Shown: positions 25,177 to 40,036 of the stretch, in pieces
Position numbering within the stretch: the stretch's first letter is position 1
Layout of the letters: each line of letters begins with the position of its first letter
Assembly (NCBI GenBank): GCA_009103225.1
Contig: RHPI01000140.1
Coordinates: forward strand, 1-64,000
Direction of reading: 5' to 3'
Length of the DNA: 64,000 bases
DNA from: Chlorokybus atmophyticus
Lineage: Eukaryota > Plantae > Mesostigma and Chlorokybus algae
Position numbers and translations under genes: made by a program
The notes under the pieces: generated by a model
Seen by the model: the letters and a program-made list of their open reading frames with translations, nothing else
Databases searched by the model: none
What the model was told of the DNA's origin: nothing

Positions 25177-27254
25177 AAGGGCGCGTGAAGGACATGCGTA
25201 GACGGAGGTCGCAGATACAAAGGTCTGTGAGAGTTACTACTAGCCTACGAGTAGTTGCTGGTGTTGAGCTGCATACACTAGAGGTTGCATTGCTGTGGAG
25301 TTTTTTTATTGGTACACAGGTGTGCGGTACTGGTTAGCACACCTCACTTGATTGGCATGCAAGGACTAAGTTGTATAGCTAGCAAACAGGAGATGGGAGG
25401 GGTGCTTCCCTTGGTAGAAGGGTCTAATCAACCCTTGCACGGCCTACACTCTAGTACAGCATTGCTACAGTAGAGAACTCAGTGTAGTTTATAGCATAGT
25501 TTGCCATTGAGGGAGTCTTCGAAACCACCTGAGCAAGGTCAGGCGTGGCGTGGAACCAGCTGCGATGACTATGAGGAGGAAACAAGGAGTATTGAAACCT
25601 TGTAGTCCTCCTGGCAGCATGAGGAAAAAGATGGTGTCATGGAGACAAGCATCAAGTCCGTGGGAGCAACACATCAGTGGGAGTGTTGAAAGGAGTAAGT
25701 TGATGTGGGTAAGCTTGCAAGAAGATCTTAGAGTTAAAGGTCAAGCTGCTCGCGTGGGAGTGTTAAATGTTATAGGTTGTAGAAAGTACATGTATAGGCG
25801 GCGCCTACATGTAGTTGGTATAATCAGCTTAACCTTTATAGTTACAAGAGTTACGGGAGTTACGACAGTTACGGGAGTTACGGCAGTTATGGTCAATCAT
25901 GATCAACTTGGACTTTGACCGTTGACTTTGACCATTTACTAGTGTTGACTAGTGTTGACTTTGACCAGAGTTGATTAGAGTTGACTAGTGCTTAGTAGTA
26001 GCATAGTATAAAAGACACTGTATCTTGCTTAATACAATGGGTCGCGCATTCTCTATAGTTGGAGTGCTTGCTGCACTTGTCCTTGGTGTGTGCACACTTG
26101 TATGTAAGAGGCAAATACACACACACTAAGCGCATCACTAGTTCTCAACAATAAGTATCATCATCAATGATTCGCACTTTGCCAAATGGCGGCAGTCGTG
26201 TCGGCGTTTAGTCGGCGCGGCAGAACGCGACCTGTCTGTTGCAATGCGACCTATGGGGCCGGCAGCAGTGCGCTATGCGCGCATTGATTGGTATGGGCTT
26301 GAACTGGCCGGTCCTTGCCGTTGGACCAACCCCAACAAACCCCTCGAATGATTCCCCAGCTGAGCATGGGCTGCCAAGGACGTCAGCGTTTTGCGGTGGG
26401 GGAACTGTAACGGGAAGGTACATTGTATAACCACAAATTGACCATAACAGCACCAAGTCCTTTATGGTCGAATGGGCTGTAACAGAAGGGTTACATATTT
26501 GAAAATTAATATATGTTCCTTTGGGGCAGTCCGATAGCAACATTGGCTGCTCCGACCACCAGTAAACGCGGTGAGGTCGCCAGGGTCATTCTGAGCGGCC
26601 GATATCAAACTCGCAACTCACAACTACTTAATTTCGCACCCCATGTGTTAATTACAATGGTGAGTCAAGCTGGGTAGTACAAAGTGCAAACTTTGGGCAG
26701 CCATAGCTAGCTCGTACATTGTTGCGTGCATTCGCGTGCGGTTTGTTGCAGAGCAAGTGTCTAGTTGAGAGATGTGTGGAGAGCTCTTAGTTGGACTAAA
26801 TACCCCACGTTAACCCCTCGATACTTAATGCGACAAAATCACTAGCATATGCCAATTTTGCAGCGCACAATGTGTGTACTCGGGTATTTGCTGATGCAAA
26901 TCCTTGGCGGATGGCTTACCAAGGAGAGGGAGGTGACAAGTACTTCGCCAGCCATGTCTCATCATCATCATACCAACCATTGAGCATTGGCAAAGTGAGA
27001 GACTATGAGTGAGAGCTATAAACTCACTAATAAAGACAAGGAGGAAGCTGTGCAGGATAGCGAAACTTCTCCCAACCAGTCTACTTAAAGTGGACCAGCT
27101 ACCAGGGACACATAGAGTGACATTGGCGGGGCCATTAAACAGTATGCCTCAGACTGTAAGGCTCTGCTTGGTGCCCACCCTCACCTTCGCCAGGAAACGT
27201 GGGATGCATGGGCGCGGAGGATTTATAATGGGTCATACTGTGCAAACTTGCAAA

Positions 27255-27520
27255 TCACCTATCATGTTGCATCAAGTTCAAGATGCTGCGTACATCCTTA
27301 TACTTGAACGGCGTGTTCACCATGTAGGAGTTAACGTGGTGCAAGTTCATAATGAGGCGCAACTTGCGGCCATCATTAACCATATTAAATGGGCTCACCA
27401 CAAGGGGGGGGGTCACACACTCTTGTGCGGCCCCACAATGCACTAGGTTGGCAATGGTAGCTGCAGTGAAGCCTGCAAACTCGTGCACACCCTTGTGGTT
27501 GGCAAATGACTTGCTGCAAC
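27255..27520 (-). pseudogene. Fragment of DIRS-family reverse transcriptase
   Basis: ECVTPPLVVSPFNMVNDGRKLRLIMNL..VNTPFKYKD, nearly colinear with 35390-35620. Confidence 0.85.
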
Positions 27521-27648
27521 CTGAGATGGTGATCCGCATGCTTCAGTATGAGTTGAGGAACAACATCCCGCCACTTGTATGAGGTGATCCGAAAGTGGCT
27601 GCTCCAATGACCATGTACGTTAAGCCACTTTAATATGGAGCGAAGCGC

Positions 27649-30421
27649 ATGGCAATTGAGGCTTTGGCCAACTTGGCAGTAGAAATCTTAGAGCGTTGCA
27701 AGGACGTGTTTTCAAAATTAGGACTTGACTTAAGAAATTTGGAAAAAGAAAAATTAACAGCTCAAGTGAAGTTGGCAGCACGCCTCGATGATATGCAATT
27801 TGAGTTGGTAGCGCTGCGCCACCAGGTGGCGGGTGCTATTATAGCAGCTCGTGCATCAATGGGGCTGCCGATAATAGCGCTGAACAAAGCTAAACAGTTC
27901 AAGCCCGACGGCAGTGTCAGCATCTATAACTGAGTAGTCATCGTTGAGCACTACTTCATCGCACTGAAGCGCCCAGATGGTAAATATAGTGCTATTGTTG
28001 AGTTGCTCATGCCATTCAATGCTCTCGCCAAGTGGGCGAGGCAGGCAGAGGATGGTGCGACAAAGACGGTGGAAGCGCTATTTAGGTTCCTTGTGGAGTG
28101 CAATGGTGGCATGGATCCGGCTGCTTATGCTCGCAACATGCTTAACAAGTTGCGATAGCATGGTCGAGCGGCTTCTATCTATCTATAGAATTTCCAAGCA
28201 TTGGTGGGTCGCAAGAATCGAATTGTACAAGCGCGGCATGGATACGCGCGTACACGATCACCTGCAATACAACATGGCGATGGGAATGCCCAGGGTTCCT
28301 GAGGACTTGGCCAACCTACCAAAGTTGAGCGTGTATCTATGCAATGATGGCACAGTGCATGAGCAGACACATACGGCAACCGCGGCTAAGCTGCAGCCAA
28401 CGGGAGGAAAGCGTTACCCTCAGCCGAGTGCGCATATGGCAAAAAAGGCGAAGACATGCATGCCTTATACCGGTGGCACATCTGCAGGGTGTGCTACATT
28501 CTCTGCGGAGCTTAACACGTCTGTCATCACCCGAGCCATATACAAAGAATTACCGTACCAAGGCGAAGGGCAAGACCAAGAAGGTTGAATAAGATTACGC
28601 CGGAACAGGTGTAGATGTGGTTGATAGCCAGTTGCTTAAAATGCATACAGTAAACTGGTTTGATGCTCTGTCCAAAGTAATTTCACTGACACATGCATGG
28701 CAAGCACATGACAACCTGCCACTTTTTGATGTTGAAAAGGTGGAAAAGAAAGCTTGTGTGCTGGTATAGGTGGAATTCAATATGCTTATCAATGTGTTGC
28801 ATGCATTTACTAAGTTGCAAAAGAAGCACAACACTTTGAGTATAGTTGTGACGGTGCAAAAGAATTATGGCCCATGGTTAAAGCATACTCCGGGGGGGTA
28901 CTGTGCTGAAGCAATCAAGCAAGCGAGAAGCAGGGACAATACACTTATCAGCGACATTAATAAACCCTCGCGTCAGTCACGGACTCTTAGCTACAGTCTA
29001 GGAACGGGTGGTACCCCTGTTGTGGATATTGGGTGGCACAATGTAAGGTGTAAACAGCTCTTTCTTAGTTGACACTGGTGCAACACACATTTCTCTACAG
29101 GAACAATGGGTTGTGCGCAACAAGATAGTGTGTAAACCCTCAGCATTTTCAGCTGCCCTTGCGAGGGGTGCGTTGCTAGTGAAAGGGGAGATACAAATGT
29201 AAGCAAAGCGGATTTGATAGTTATGACGCCACTAGTACTTTCATAGTAATGTTCATTAACATGTTAGGTGTTAATGTGCTATTGGGACAGGTATGGCAGG
29301 AAAACGTGTAAATGACATTGGACACTGGCACACACTTGTGCACAGTAAAGAAAGGTCGTAAGCATGTAATATTGTCTGTAAAAGGGTTACATAGCTTGGA
29401 GCACAAGCAGCCCGATCCTGCATTGCTGCACTGCAAGTGAAACATGCTGTTGAGAACTAGTGATGCGCATAGTGTGTGTGTATTTGCCTCTTACATTTAA
29501 GTGTGCACACACTAAGGACAAGTGCAGCAAGCACGCCAACTATAGAGACAATGTGCGACCCACTGTATTAAGCAGTATATAGTGTCTTATATACCAAGCA
29601 CTAGTCAACTCTGGTCAACTCTGGTCAACGTCAACAGTAGTCAACACTAGTCAATGGTCAAAGTCAACGATTAAAGTCAAAGTTGACCATAACCGCCGTA
29701 ACTCCCGTAACTCTCATAACTCTTGTAACTATAATGGTTAAGATGATTGTAACAACTACATGTAGGCGCCGCCTATACATGTACTTTCTACAACCTATAA
29801 CATTTAACACATGCGGTGCGCAAAAACACACCGGCTTTGTGGTCCATTTGACATCGGTGAACGACTTTGTACGGGGCTATACATCATGTGTTGCAGACGT
29901 CATTGAGAATTACTTAAATGTGTTCTCAGATGAGTTGCGAGGCTTACCTCGTGGTTGAGGTGTTGTACCATTCATTCCTAATAGTGAGCCTGTGATTCGG
30001 CCTATACATAGGCTGAGCCCGCGTGAGAGGGGGGAATGGGAAATTCAGATCAAGGAATTCTTGAAAAAAGGGATTGATGGAACAAAGTTCTTCACCCTTT
30101 TGCGCGCCTACCTTATTTGTACTGAGAAGGAATGAAAAGCTGTTTATGTGTGTGGATGGATTATTGTGCCTTAAACAAGATCACGGTAATTCGTGGTAAC
30201 GGGTAAATCGATACTCGTTACCACGAATTGTTCATGTGTTTAATGAACTATCAGGAACTGCGTACGCTTGACTTGATAAATGGGTATCATCAAATCTGGA
30301 TGCATCCTTATCATGTCACAAGACAGCATTTAAAATATTTAAGGCCATAATCAGTACAAAATGTTACCAGTGTTATTGATTAACGCGCCCGCAGTGTCGA
30401 AGAAGGAAATGAATAAGATTT
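27649..30421 (+). mobile_element. Ty3/gypsy remnant 3 (gag, protease, 5' part of RT), truncated by a copia
   Basis: Retrotransposon-gag-like ARNMLNKLR..FQAL; aspartic protease FLVDTGATHISL at ~29063-29100; RT start IHRLSP..QIKEFLKKG, ALNKIT, NGYHQI. Confidence 0.85.
29448..29809 (-). repeat. Solo family-2 LTR
   Basis: Full-length LTR (TG..CA) with perfect TSD CATGC (29443-29447 / 29810-29814). Confidence 0.97.
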
Positions 30422-32805
30422 AATTAAAGGTACTTTACTAGGCGCTTTAGCTAAACTTCTACGATCATCTTCGCCTTATCACTTATGGTCAACTGCCATT
30501 ATGGCAGTTCCAGTCCACCATGGTCAATTTTGACTTTGACCTGTAACTTTGACCATCGACTTTGACTTTAACCATTGACATTGACATTGACTAGTGGTTA
30601 TTTGTGTTGACTAGCACTCACAAGTGTACAATATATGACACTGTATGTTGTGCAATACAGTAAGATCCACCTTGCTCAACTTGTTAGTGCCATACTTGTG
30701 CGTATGCATTGTTACTATTGTGCAAACTTCATAAGTTATGGGCTCACACTAGCGCCAGCATAGCACACACGAGTTGGTGTAGCTTTTACAGGCGCCGTCT
30801 TCATTGCGAACTTACAAGGGAAGCATGGCAACCACCTATAATGAGGTCAACGTCGAGCCGCTGGAGCTCGACAACCATGGGACATGGAGCATCCGGATGC
30901 AGATGCTACTCACGCACAAAGACCTATGGTCAGTGGTGGTTTCTGATGAGAGTGCTCCCAATATGGCGGACGCGAACCTCAACAAGAAATTTAATTAGGC
31001 ACTTGCATAGCTAAAATTGAATGTCGTTCAGCATCACTTAGCACTTATTGCATGTTGCAAGACTGCTAAAGAGTTGTGGCAGAAGTTTGCAAATGTGTAT
31101 AAGGCTAAGAACGAAATAATGCTAGGAAATTGCAGGTGAGGAAGCAGTTACATGCTTTGAGGAAAGATATTGCTGCACATGTCCTCAAGTTCATCTCGCG
31201 AGCTAGGCAGTAATGGGATAATTCGTTCGCTATGGGTCATGAAGTGAAGGAGGTGGAGGTCGTTTAGGCTATTTCCGCCGGCCTACCCAAGGAGTTCGAG
31301 ATGACTGTCATCATTATGGAGTCATCCCATGAGGAGCTCACCCTTGAAATTTTCACCCCACGCCTGTTGCAAGTCGAGCAACGGGTATTCACTTCATGCC
31401 ACGATGAAGCCGAAGCTATGACATTTGATGCACACTCTAACCCACGAGGCAACCATGGTGGAAAAACGCAAACGAAGACGCGCATTTGCAACCACTGTAC
31501 CAAGAAAGGGCATTTTAAAAAGGATCACAAGAAGTTGAAGCGCGATTAACAAGAAAAACAGGGTTTTCATAGGCAGGCTATAGCACTTGCTGCAAGCACC
31601 ATTGCTATCAAGAGCGTGTTGTTGTTCTATTCTGCGTGCACACAATATATGACCCCAGGAATATCATGCTCTGAGTAATGCTGCTTGTGTGAATGTGAGC
31701 CTTGGCAACAAGCTACACTTGAGAGCTGTGGGAGTAGGCACCGTCATCCTACACACTATGGTGGCGGGTACTACACATAAATTTGTCGTGAAGGAGGTAA
31801 TTCAAGTGCCGGGATTAGCCTCCAGCCTGTTCTCTATCCGAAGAGCTACAAGTGCAGGCACCGAGGTTGACGTCACTACCCAAAGGGGTCGAGTTAGGGT
31901 GAACAACATTGTTGTTGCAGAAGGCACATTGCGGGAGAGTGTGTACTGCATCACACTAAAGTAATAGTATGCAGTGTCTGCGACAGTCACTGCATCGGCT
32001 ACAATTCATCTTTGGCGTCGAAGATTGGGACATCTTGGGTGGGACAACCTGGCAAGACTAGTTGCTAAGGACATAGTGGAAGGGATTGGCATTAAGGAGA
32101 AAGACATCAAGGCAGCAAAAGGTGTCTGTGCGAGATGTGCGTGTTAAGCAAGACCTAGGCAGCCTTTTCCTGCCTCTACCCGTATTACTTGAGCACCCTT
32201 GCAGCTTGTGCACATGGATGTGTGCGGTCTCATGCCAATTGCATTCATTAGAGGAAGTTGGTACATTGCCACTGTTGTAGATGACTTCAGCAAGTTGTCA
32301 GCCACTATTGCAGTTGCTACCATGTTGGACATTGCCGCTGCTGTGGAAAAGATGCTCACCTTTTTTGCAACATAAGCAAAGACAAAGGTATAGCATGGAG
32401 GAGTGATAGGGGTTTCGAGTACCTTAACTATACCTTGAAGAGCTACTCGGAGGAGCACAGCATCAAGCATGAGACCACGGCACCTTACACACCTGAGCAA
32501 ACCGGTGCTATCAAGGGCCTCAACCGCACACTTGTGGAGATGCCATGCTCACTAACGCAGAGCTTGACAAAGCCTTATAGGCTGAGGCATTTGTGACGGC
32601 CGGTTACTTTCGCAATAGGTCACCGGCGAGCAATAAAGCCAAGACCCCGTGGGAGTTGTTTCATAGTGAGAAGCCTGACGTAATGCACATGCGTGTATTT
32701 AGAGCCAAGGCGTATCCACACATCCTTAGGCACTTTAGGAGAAAGCTCGAGCATGTGAGGAAGACAAGTGTCTTCGTTGGATACGAGCCCAACTTCAAGG
32801 CATAT
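30422..32805 (+). mobile_element. Copia family-1 element, 5' half only (LTR, gag, protease, integrase), cut by the DIRS element
   Basis: LTR ~30422-30733; PBS AGTTATGGGCTC at 30734-30745; gag ATG at 30825; colinear with 4548-6970 up to YEPNFKAY. Confidence 0.92.
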
Positions 32806-33407
32806 GAGTTCATGAAGCGCATGACATGCGCGCCCATGAACTCAAGAACTCATTGATGAGTTATGAGACTCTTGTGCCCCTAGTGCCTTTGGCACTTGGG
32901 GGCACAAGCACTCACTAGGCGTGAGTTGTGAGTTTCACGCTCCTGAACTAGTCGCTTCAAACCCTAGCACAACGGCGACATCCTTGGCGTGGGTGGCGGG
33001 TGTGGTTAGGAGGTACGGGAGGGTCGGCCTTCCACCATGCCTCAAACCCTGGCGTAAGCAAGTGCCCTTGACGATGGATTAGGCATGGCCGCCACGGCCG
33101 CGGCGGCTAGGCTTGCCGTTAATAGGTTGGCGCGGGCTACAAGTCCGCATCGACACACCTTGAGTGAGGAGGAGGAGAGGACAGCGGCGAGGGAGGAGGA
33201 AGTGGCCCCCCCCCCCCCCCCCCCNGGCGAGCGGCGAGGGAGGAGGGAGAGGTCCCCCCCCCCGTGGGGAGGGGAGAGGAGGAGGTAAACAAGGAGGGTA
33301 ATGGTGGCGGCAAGGAGGAGGAGGAGGACGATGAGGACCCGCCCTTCATCACTTACAAGCGTTAGAAGAGGGAGGCGAGCCCGCTCTCCATCGCTTCCAC
33401 CCCGTCC

Positions 33408-34778
<1,371 letters not shown>

Positions 34779-35215
34779 TTGGTAGCACAGCTCTGTAGCT
34801 GTCGCGACAGCCTAGTAGATGTACACTTGCACTCGTTGATGCTATAGCTCAGTGGGGCACTTATTTGTGTTTGCAATTGCTGCTTTAATAAGTTAAATTG
34901 CGAGCTTGGCGAATAAAATTGTTGAATTCGTGATCCACTACTTGCAGAATCGCTATTTTGCTTGTAACTTTTGCTAGGGGTCTTAAAACACACCCGAATG
35001 GGCCGATATATTATGATCATTGCAATGACGCTGAGAGCGTTGTGCTAAGCAAAACAAAACCCAATTCAAACACTGTTTGCACAAGTTGTGGCCGTTGCAC
35101 GGCCGACATGCCGTTGAGGCTCTTGCTGGGCTCCGTTGTTAAGGAAACTTTGTGATCGTGTGTAGTGGCCTATACTAGCACGGAGGAGGACCTTTTTCAT
35201 GACTAGATGAAGTAC

Positions 35216-37030
35216 CATGAGTTTGCTTGCGTCACGGCCAACCTTACTGTTGAGGGGCCCTACATGTCATCGACTGCGTGATGCCCTGCCAGCATGGCAT
35301 GAAATTTGTGAGTCAAATATGGTGCTCTCATTGGTGGAGTACGGGTACAAGCTACCATGGACTCAAGACCCACCACCACCATGGGCATTCACCAGCCACA
35401 AGGATGTGCACTAGTTTGCAGGCTTCACTGCAGCTGCCATTGCCAACCTAGTGCATAGTGGGGGCGCACAAGAGTGTGTGACACCCCCCCTCGTGGTGAG
35501 CCCACTCAATGTAGCCGACGATGGCCGCAAGTTGCGCCTCATTATGGACTTGCGCTATGTTAATCCCTGTATAGTGAACACGCCGTTCAAGAATGAGGAT
35601 ATATGCAGCATCCCGAACTTGCTGCAACTTGAGGACTGGTTGTTTCTCTACGGACTTGAATTCCGGCTATCATTATGTGAACATCCACCCCGCCCTTTGG
35701 GGCTACTTGGGGTTCTCGTTTGCGGGCAAAGTGTTCAACTTTTGCTCATTGCCATTTGGGTTGAGCACGGCTTGCTTCGTGTTTACAAAGGTTATGAAGC
35801 AATTGAAGCACCGTTGGCGTGTGTAGGGCATTCGCATATTGCCGTACATCGACGACTTCTTATTTGCTGCTCGCTCCAACGCGCAGCATGCTTCCACCCT
35901 GTCCGTGGTGCAAGCGGATGCAACATGGTGCAAGCGGATGCAACATGGTGCAAGCTGGTGATCAACACCAAGGCGCAGATTGTGCTCAGCAGAGTCATCA
36001 TCTTCCTCGGCTTTGTGTGGGGTACACACGCTGGCACTATTCATGTCCCCGGCGAAAAGCGTGATGGTTTACTCAAAGACTTGCAACGCGCATTTGGTGA
36101 AAGGCGCCTTGTGCCAGTAAAGTTGCTGGCCCGCATCTATGGCAAGCTACAATCCATGCTCCTGGTGTCGGGTCCTGCCGTAAAACTCATGATTTGGCAT
36201 ACACACTGCTCGATTGAAACCCGCCGCTCATGGAGCTCTCACATGGTGCTACGCTAACCGCAGCATACAGAGTTAATATGGTTTAAAGACCACTTTGAGC
36301 AGCTTAACATGGCAATCATTTGGCCTACTGTGCAGCCAGACGTAGTGCAATTTGTGGACGCTAGCGGCACTGGTTGAGGACTAGTGCGCCATGGATGTGC
36401 CCATCGCCACAGCTACCGCCGTGGCGAAGGGCACATTCACACCGTATGAGTGCTTGACTTCATCAACACATTGCGAGTTATTGGGACTTGAGCGTGCCCT
36501 GCTCACTGTCGAGGAAGAGCTACATGGACGCACGGTGATGTGCTATGGCAATGCCCGCCAAGTGTACTACATTATGTGCAAAGGGGGGCAGTGCGGCCGA
36601 GCGCTTGCAGCAAGTGGCATGCCGTATTTTCTTACATTGCCACCGGCATCCGCTTGCATGTGGCGTGGTTACCACTTGAACTCGATGAGGAGGCGGACGC
36701 GCTCTTTAAAGCACCAAATTGGATCGGTTGGACCTTGCAAACCCCATGGGTCCGCTTGCTTGCACGCAAGTGGGGCCCCTTTATTGTGGACCGCTTCGCG
36801 ACGGATGCCAACACCGCGTGTGTGGCCTTCAACTCGTGGTTGCCATGTCCAGGCTTACTCGGCAATGCCTTTCACTGTGACTTGAGTGGTTGCAACAACT
36901 GGTGCCATTCCCCACCCCACCGGGTTGGCACTATACTGCGTCGTGCCCGCGAATGCAAGGCTCGCATTTGCCTCATTGTATGCGAGTGGACAACCCAAAC
37001 TTGGTGGCTAGGATGCGAATTGACTTACAT
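35216..37030 (+). pseudogene. DIRS pol: reverse transcriptase, RNase H and methyltransferase-like (MT) domain
   Basis: SPLNVADDGRKLRLIMDLRYVN; STDLNSGYHYV; PFGLSTACFVFTKVM; LPYIDDFL; RNase H QFVDASGTG and SSTHCELLGL; MT WGPFIVDRFATDAN..WCHSPP..LIVCEWTTQTWW. Confidence 0.92.
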
Positions 37031-37749
37031 CCTAGCCACTAACACATGCTATGTGCAGATGCTATTGAGCCTAGCCAACAGTCGCTTATGCCCAACGTCC
37101 CTAAAGACTATGAGATTGAGCGCCTGCACACCTGATGCCCGGCAGTGGCAGCGGCGTCACGTGCTGTTAGCACCCTTTGAGGCCATGAGGGCTAATGGCG
37201 TCGCTTTGTAGAGCTCTGCACGCCTTGTGGTTGGGCTGCCTTGCCAGCAAATCCCGGCACAATGGCTTTCCATCGACCCATAGCGACCCCCAGCACAAGC
37301 TGTATGTTGCATATAACTCGTGTGTGAGGCGGACACGAATTGCTGCACACGGTCAGCGCAAAATCAATGGTGACAAGACACATCGCGCAGCAGCCTCACA
37401 CACCCACTTGAGGCGGACATGACTGCAGTTGCACATGCATTCGGTGCAACACATGCTCATGGCGGACACCAATGCAGCTGCACACGCACCCATGTTGAAT
37501 CAATATCGACAACGCACAATGCTGCAGCTGTGCATATATGCTTGGAATGGACACAAATGTAGCCATACAAACACGCATGTTCAATTAATTGTAACATGAC
37601 GCATGACGCAGCTGCAAGCATATGCTGCAAGCGGACACGAATGCTGCTACACGTGCACACATATCAACATGCATACAAACACAGATGCGCACACGAGCAT
37701 GCGCCTTAGCCCACAGCCACGTGCGTCGCAACAGGCCCAACCGTTTGCT

Positions 37750-38820
37750 AGGCCTTTAAGACACTTCTTGCAACAAGCCTAATGCCTGGGAGGCACAGCA
37801 CGCCACAAATGCGTACACCTGTGACCACACCTTTGTTGCTCGGGAGGGAGGTCTCGCATGTAGGTCTGAAGTTGCTCACTACATAAGGTATCAAGTTGCG
37901 CAACGAGCTTGCACTCTTTGACCAGCTTGTCCACCTTAGCCCTGCCAAACATGCTTGCGGCCACACTGTGAAACATACTAGCATACTTGGGACCGCACGA
38001 ATGCTGCAGCATCATTTGATATGGCTCAATTAGTGTCCACGATAAAGGGGGGTAACCATGAAACAGGATACCCTGCATGTCGTCCAGTAGGTGCTTATTC
38101 CTGAAGTTCAAGTTATTGCCACGAGCTTAAATTCATGAGCATATTAGCGCGAGTCAAGCGTGAATTTGCGGATGCGGCCATGCATGGCCACAATGACGTC
38201 ATCAACAACACAATTTAGGGCGACGTCAAGTAGAGGTGGCGCCTCATTAGTGTCATTACCGATGTCTTTCGCACGGTGCAAATCTTGAGCAAATGTCCCT
38301 CAGCATCAGCAACAGAGCGAGTGGCAATAAGAGCAGCATCCGGAACCCATGTGAGCATGGACTTTATAGCCAAACACATGCCATACTCACCCTTAGGAGG
38401 ATGCAAAACATAAATGCCCCAGACAAGGGAACGGTTATGCGTTATGGGCACGAGCATTGACTCTACTTACCTTTACCTCCACCCATCCCGTGTCTCTGCC
38501 TGTACAGAGCAAATGCGATCTCACGGCCAGCTGAACGTGGAGCTCTTGTACAAGGCGAGCTTATTTTGGAGCGTGAGAGAATTCACAATGCGGCCAGATG
38601 GTGGGGTAACATGCTCAGCGGCTTGTCAAAGCTTGAGCATGGCGCCTTCTGCTGTGCGGGGCCTGGTGAGGACAGGGCCTCCCATAAGCGTCGCTAAAAT
38701 GCTTGCAGCTGGCGCTATAGTTGGTGTTGCTGAATGCGCAGCAAGTTTAGGAGTGGTAGCAAGTGCGGACGGGCCCTGCTTTGGGGCTGCCTGTGCTCCA
38801 GCACCTCTCTAAACTTCACC
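37750..38820 (-). pseudogene. Unidentified degenerate antisense ORF with splice donors between B1 and A2
   Basis: Protein-like minus-strand frames with occasional stops; GTAAGT/GTGAGT donors at ~38470 and ~38390; Cys cluster at the C-terminus. Tyrosine-recombinase motifs are not convincing. Confidence 0.35.
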
Positions 38821-39557
38821 ACCATCCCCCTCTTCCCCCATAGTCGTGTATGCAGTCTCATGCAACTCCTAATAATGTTGATTGTACAGCTAACAGCAAA
38901 ATACACCTCAACACTCTCACAAACAATAAGCTCAGCGCCGCCGGCCCTGCTGCTTTGCTCAAGTACAAAAACAACCTAAATCGATGCAAGGTTGCAAACC
39001 CCTAATGGTCAAAGCTGCATCCTTGCACACAATGCGACATGGCAACATGGTGCGCACAATGGTCCACAATGATGTTAAGGTAATCTGATATATGCCATTT
39101 TTGACAATCTGCGATAGCACAGTGTTGCAATTGTCTCACACGAAGCATTTATTACATGGGTCCAGCGCCCCGTCCCACTACTTACTTGCACAAACCCGTG
39201 CTGAAATGGGCACGAAAACTTTGTGCCAGTCCGAGCAATTGTAAAAGACTTGTGCAAGTATCACAATAAACCGCGCCAATGTTGTTCTGTACATTACAGA
39301 CCAGTAATGGCCCGCATGTTGTGCTAGCAATGGCATGAGATAAACAACCCATGCCATTACGGGCATAAACTTGAACCAATACAGGTCTTAATAATCTGTG
39401 CTATTAGTATTTTAATGTATCATTGCCATTATTGGCACACATGACGTAAATCATCCCAACACTGGCTAAAACTCGAAGGCCTTTCTAATGCGGTATTAAA
39501 CCCGATGAAAGCTTCCATTGTGCAGAACCGAAAGACCCGGGTAATCGCTGAGTACAT

Positions 39558-40036
39558 GAGTTCATTAAGCGCACAAAATGCGCGCACAAGAACTCATAAA
39601 TGCATTATGAGACTCTTATGCCCCTAGTGCCCTAGGCACTTGGCGGCACAAGCACTCGTTGGAGTGAGTTGTGAGTCATAAGCTCCTTATCCAGTCACTT
39701 TAAACCCTAACACGGTGGCGCCATCCTTGGTGTGGGTGAAGCGTGTGATTTGCTTCACAAGTGTATAGGCTTTCTATAGCTTTAACCTCTACGTTAGCAG
39801 CCATATCGCCATCGATAAGTCGAAGTAACTAAAGAAGCGCGTAACTTTCGCACATAATGTGAAGAAGTAGTAGTTTCTATAGTTGTAGCCTAGCACCATA
39901 GTGCAGACTTTTGTATCTATTACACTTATACATCTATATCATGCTGCACTCAAGTGCTGGGCATAGCCACCATATTATTGACCAAAAATGACCCTTAGCA
40001 TGAGCCGCGGGTCGCATATAACTCGTGTGTGAGTTC
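39558..40036 (+). repeat. A2-M-B2 terminal unit of the DIRS/PAT element
   Basis: Homologous to the solo units at 9432-9923 and 18803-19302; GAGTTC at both ends. Confidence 0.9.

Larger units (their letters stand above)
23451..26150 (+). mobile_element. Gag-only non-autonomous copia-type LTR element (family 2, TR-GAG-like), copy 1
   Basis: LTRs 23451-23829 and 25761-26150; perfect TSD ATAAG; PBS GGTTATGGGCCC at 23830-23841; PPT-like GGGAG; gag but no pol. Confidence 0.95.

Noticed and set aside
37779-38457. Calling the antisense ORF a tyrosine recombinase
   Set aside because: Position and orientation fit, and LHRAKD / SMFHSVAAS..TY have roughly the right spacing, but no intact HxxR or GRW/LGH motif is present. 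Left unassigned.
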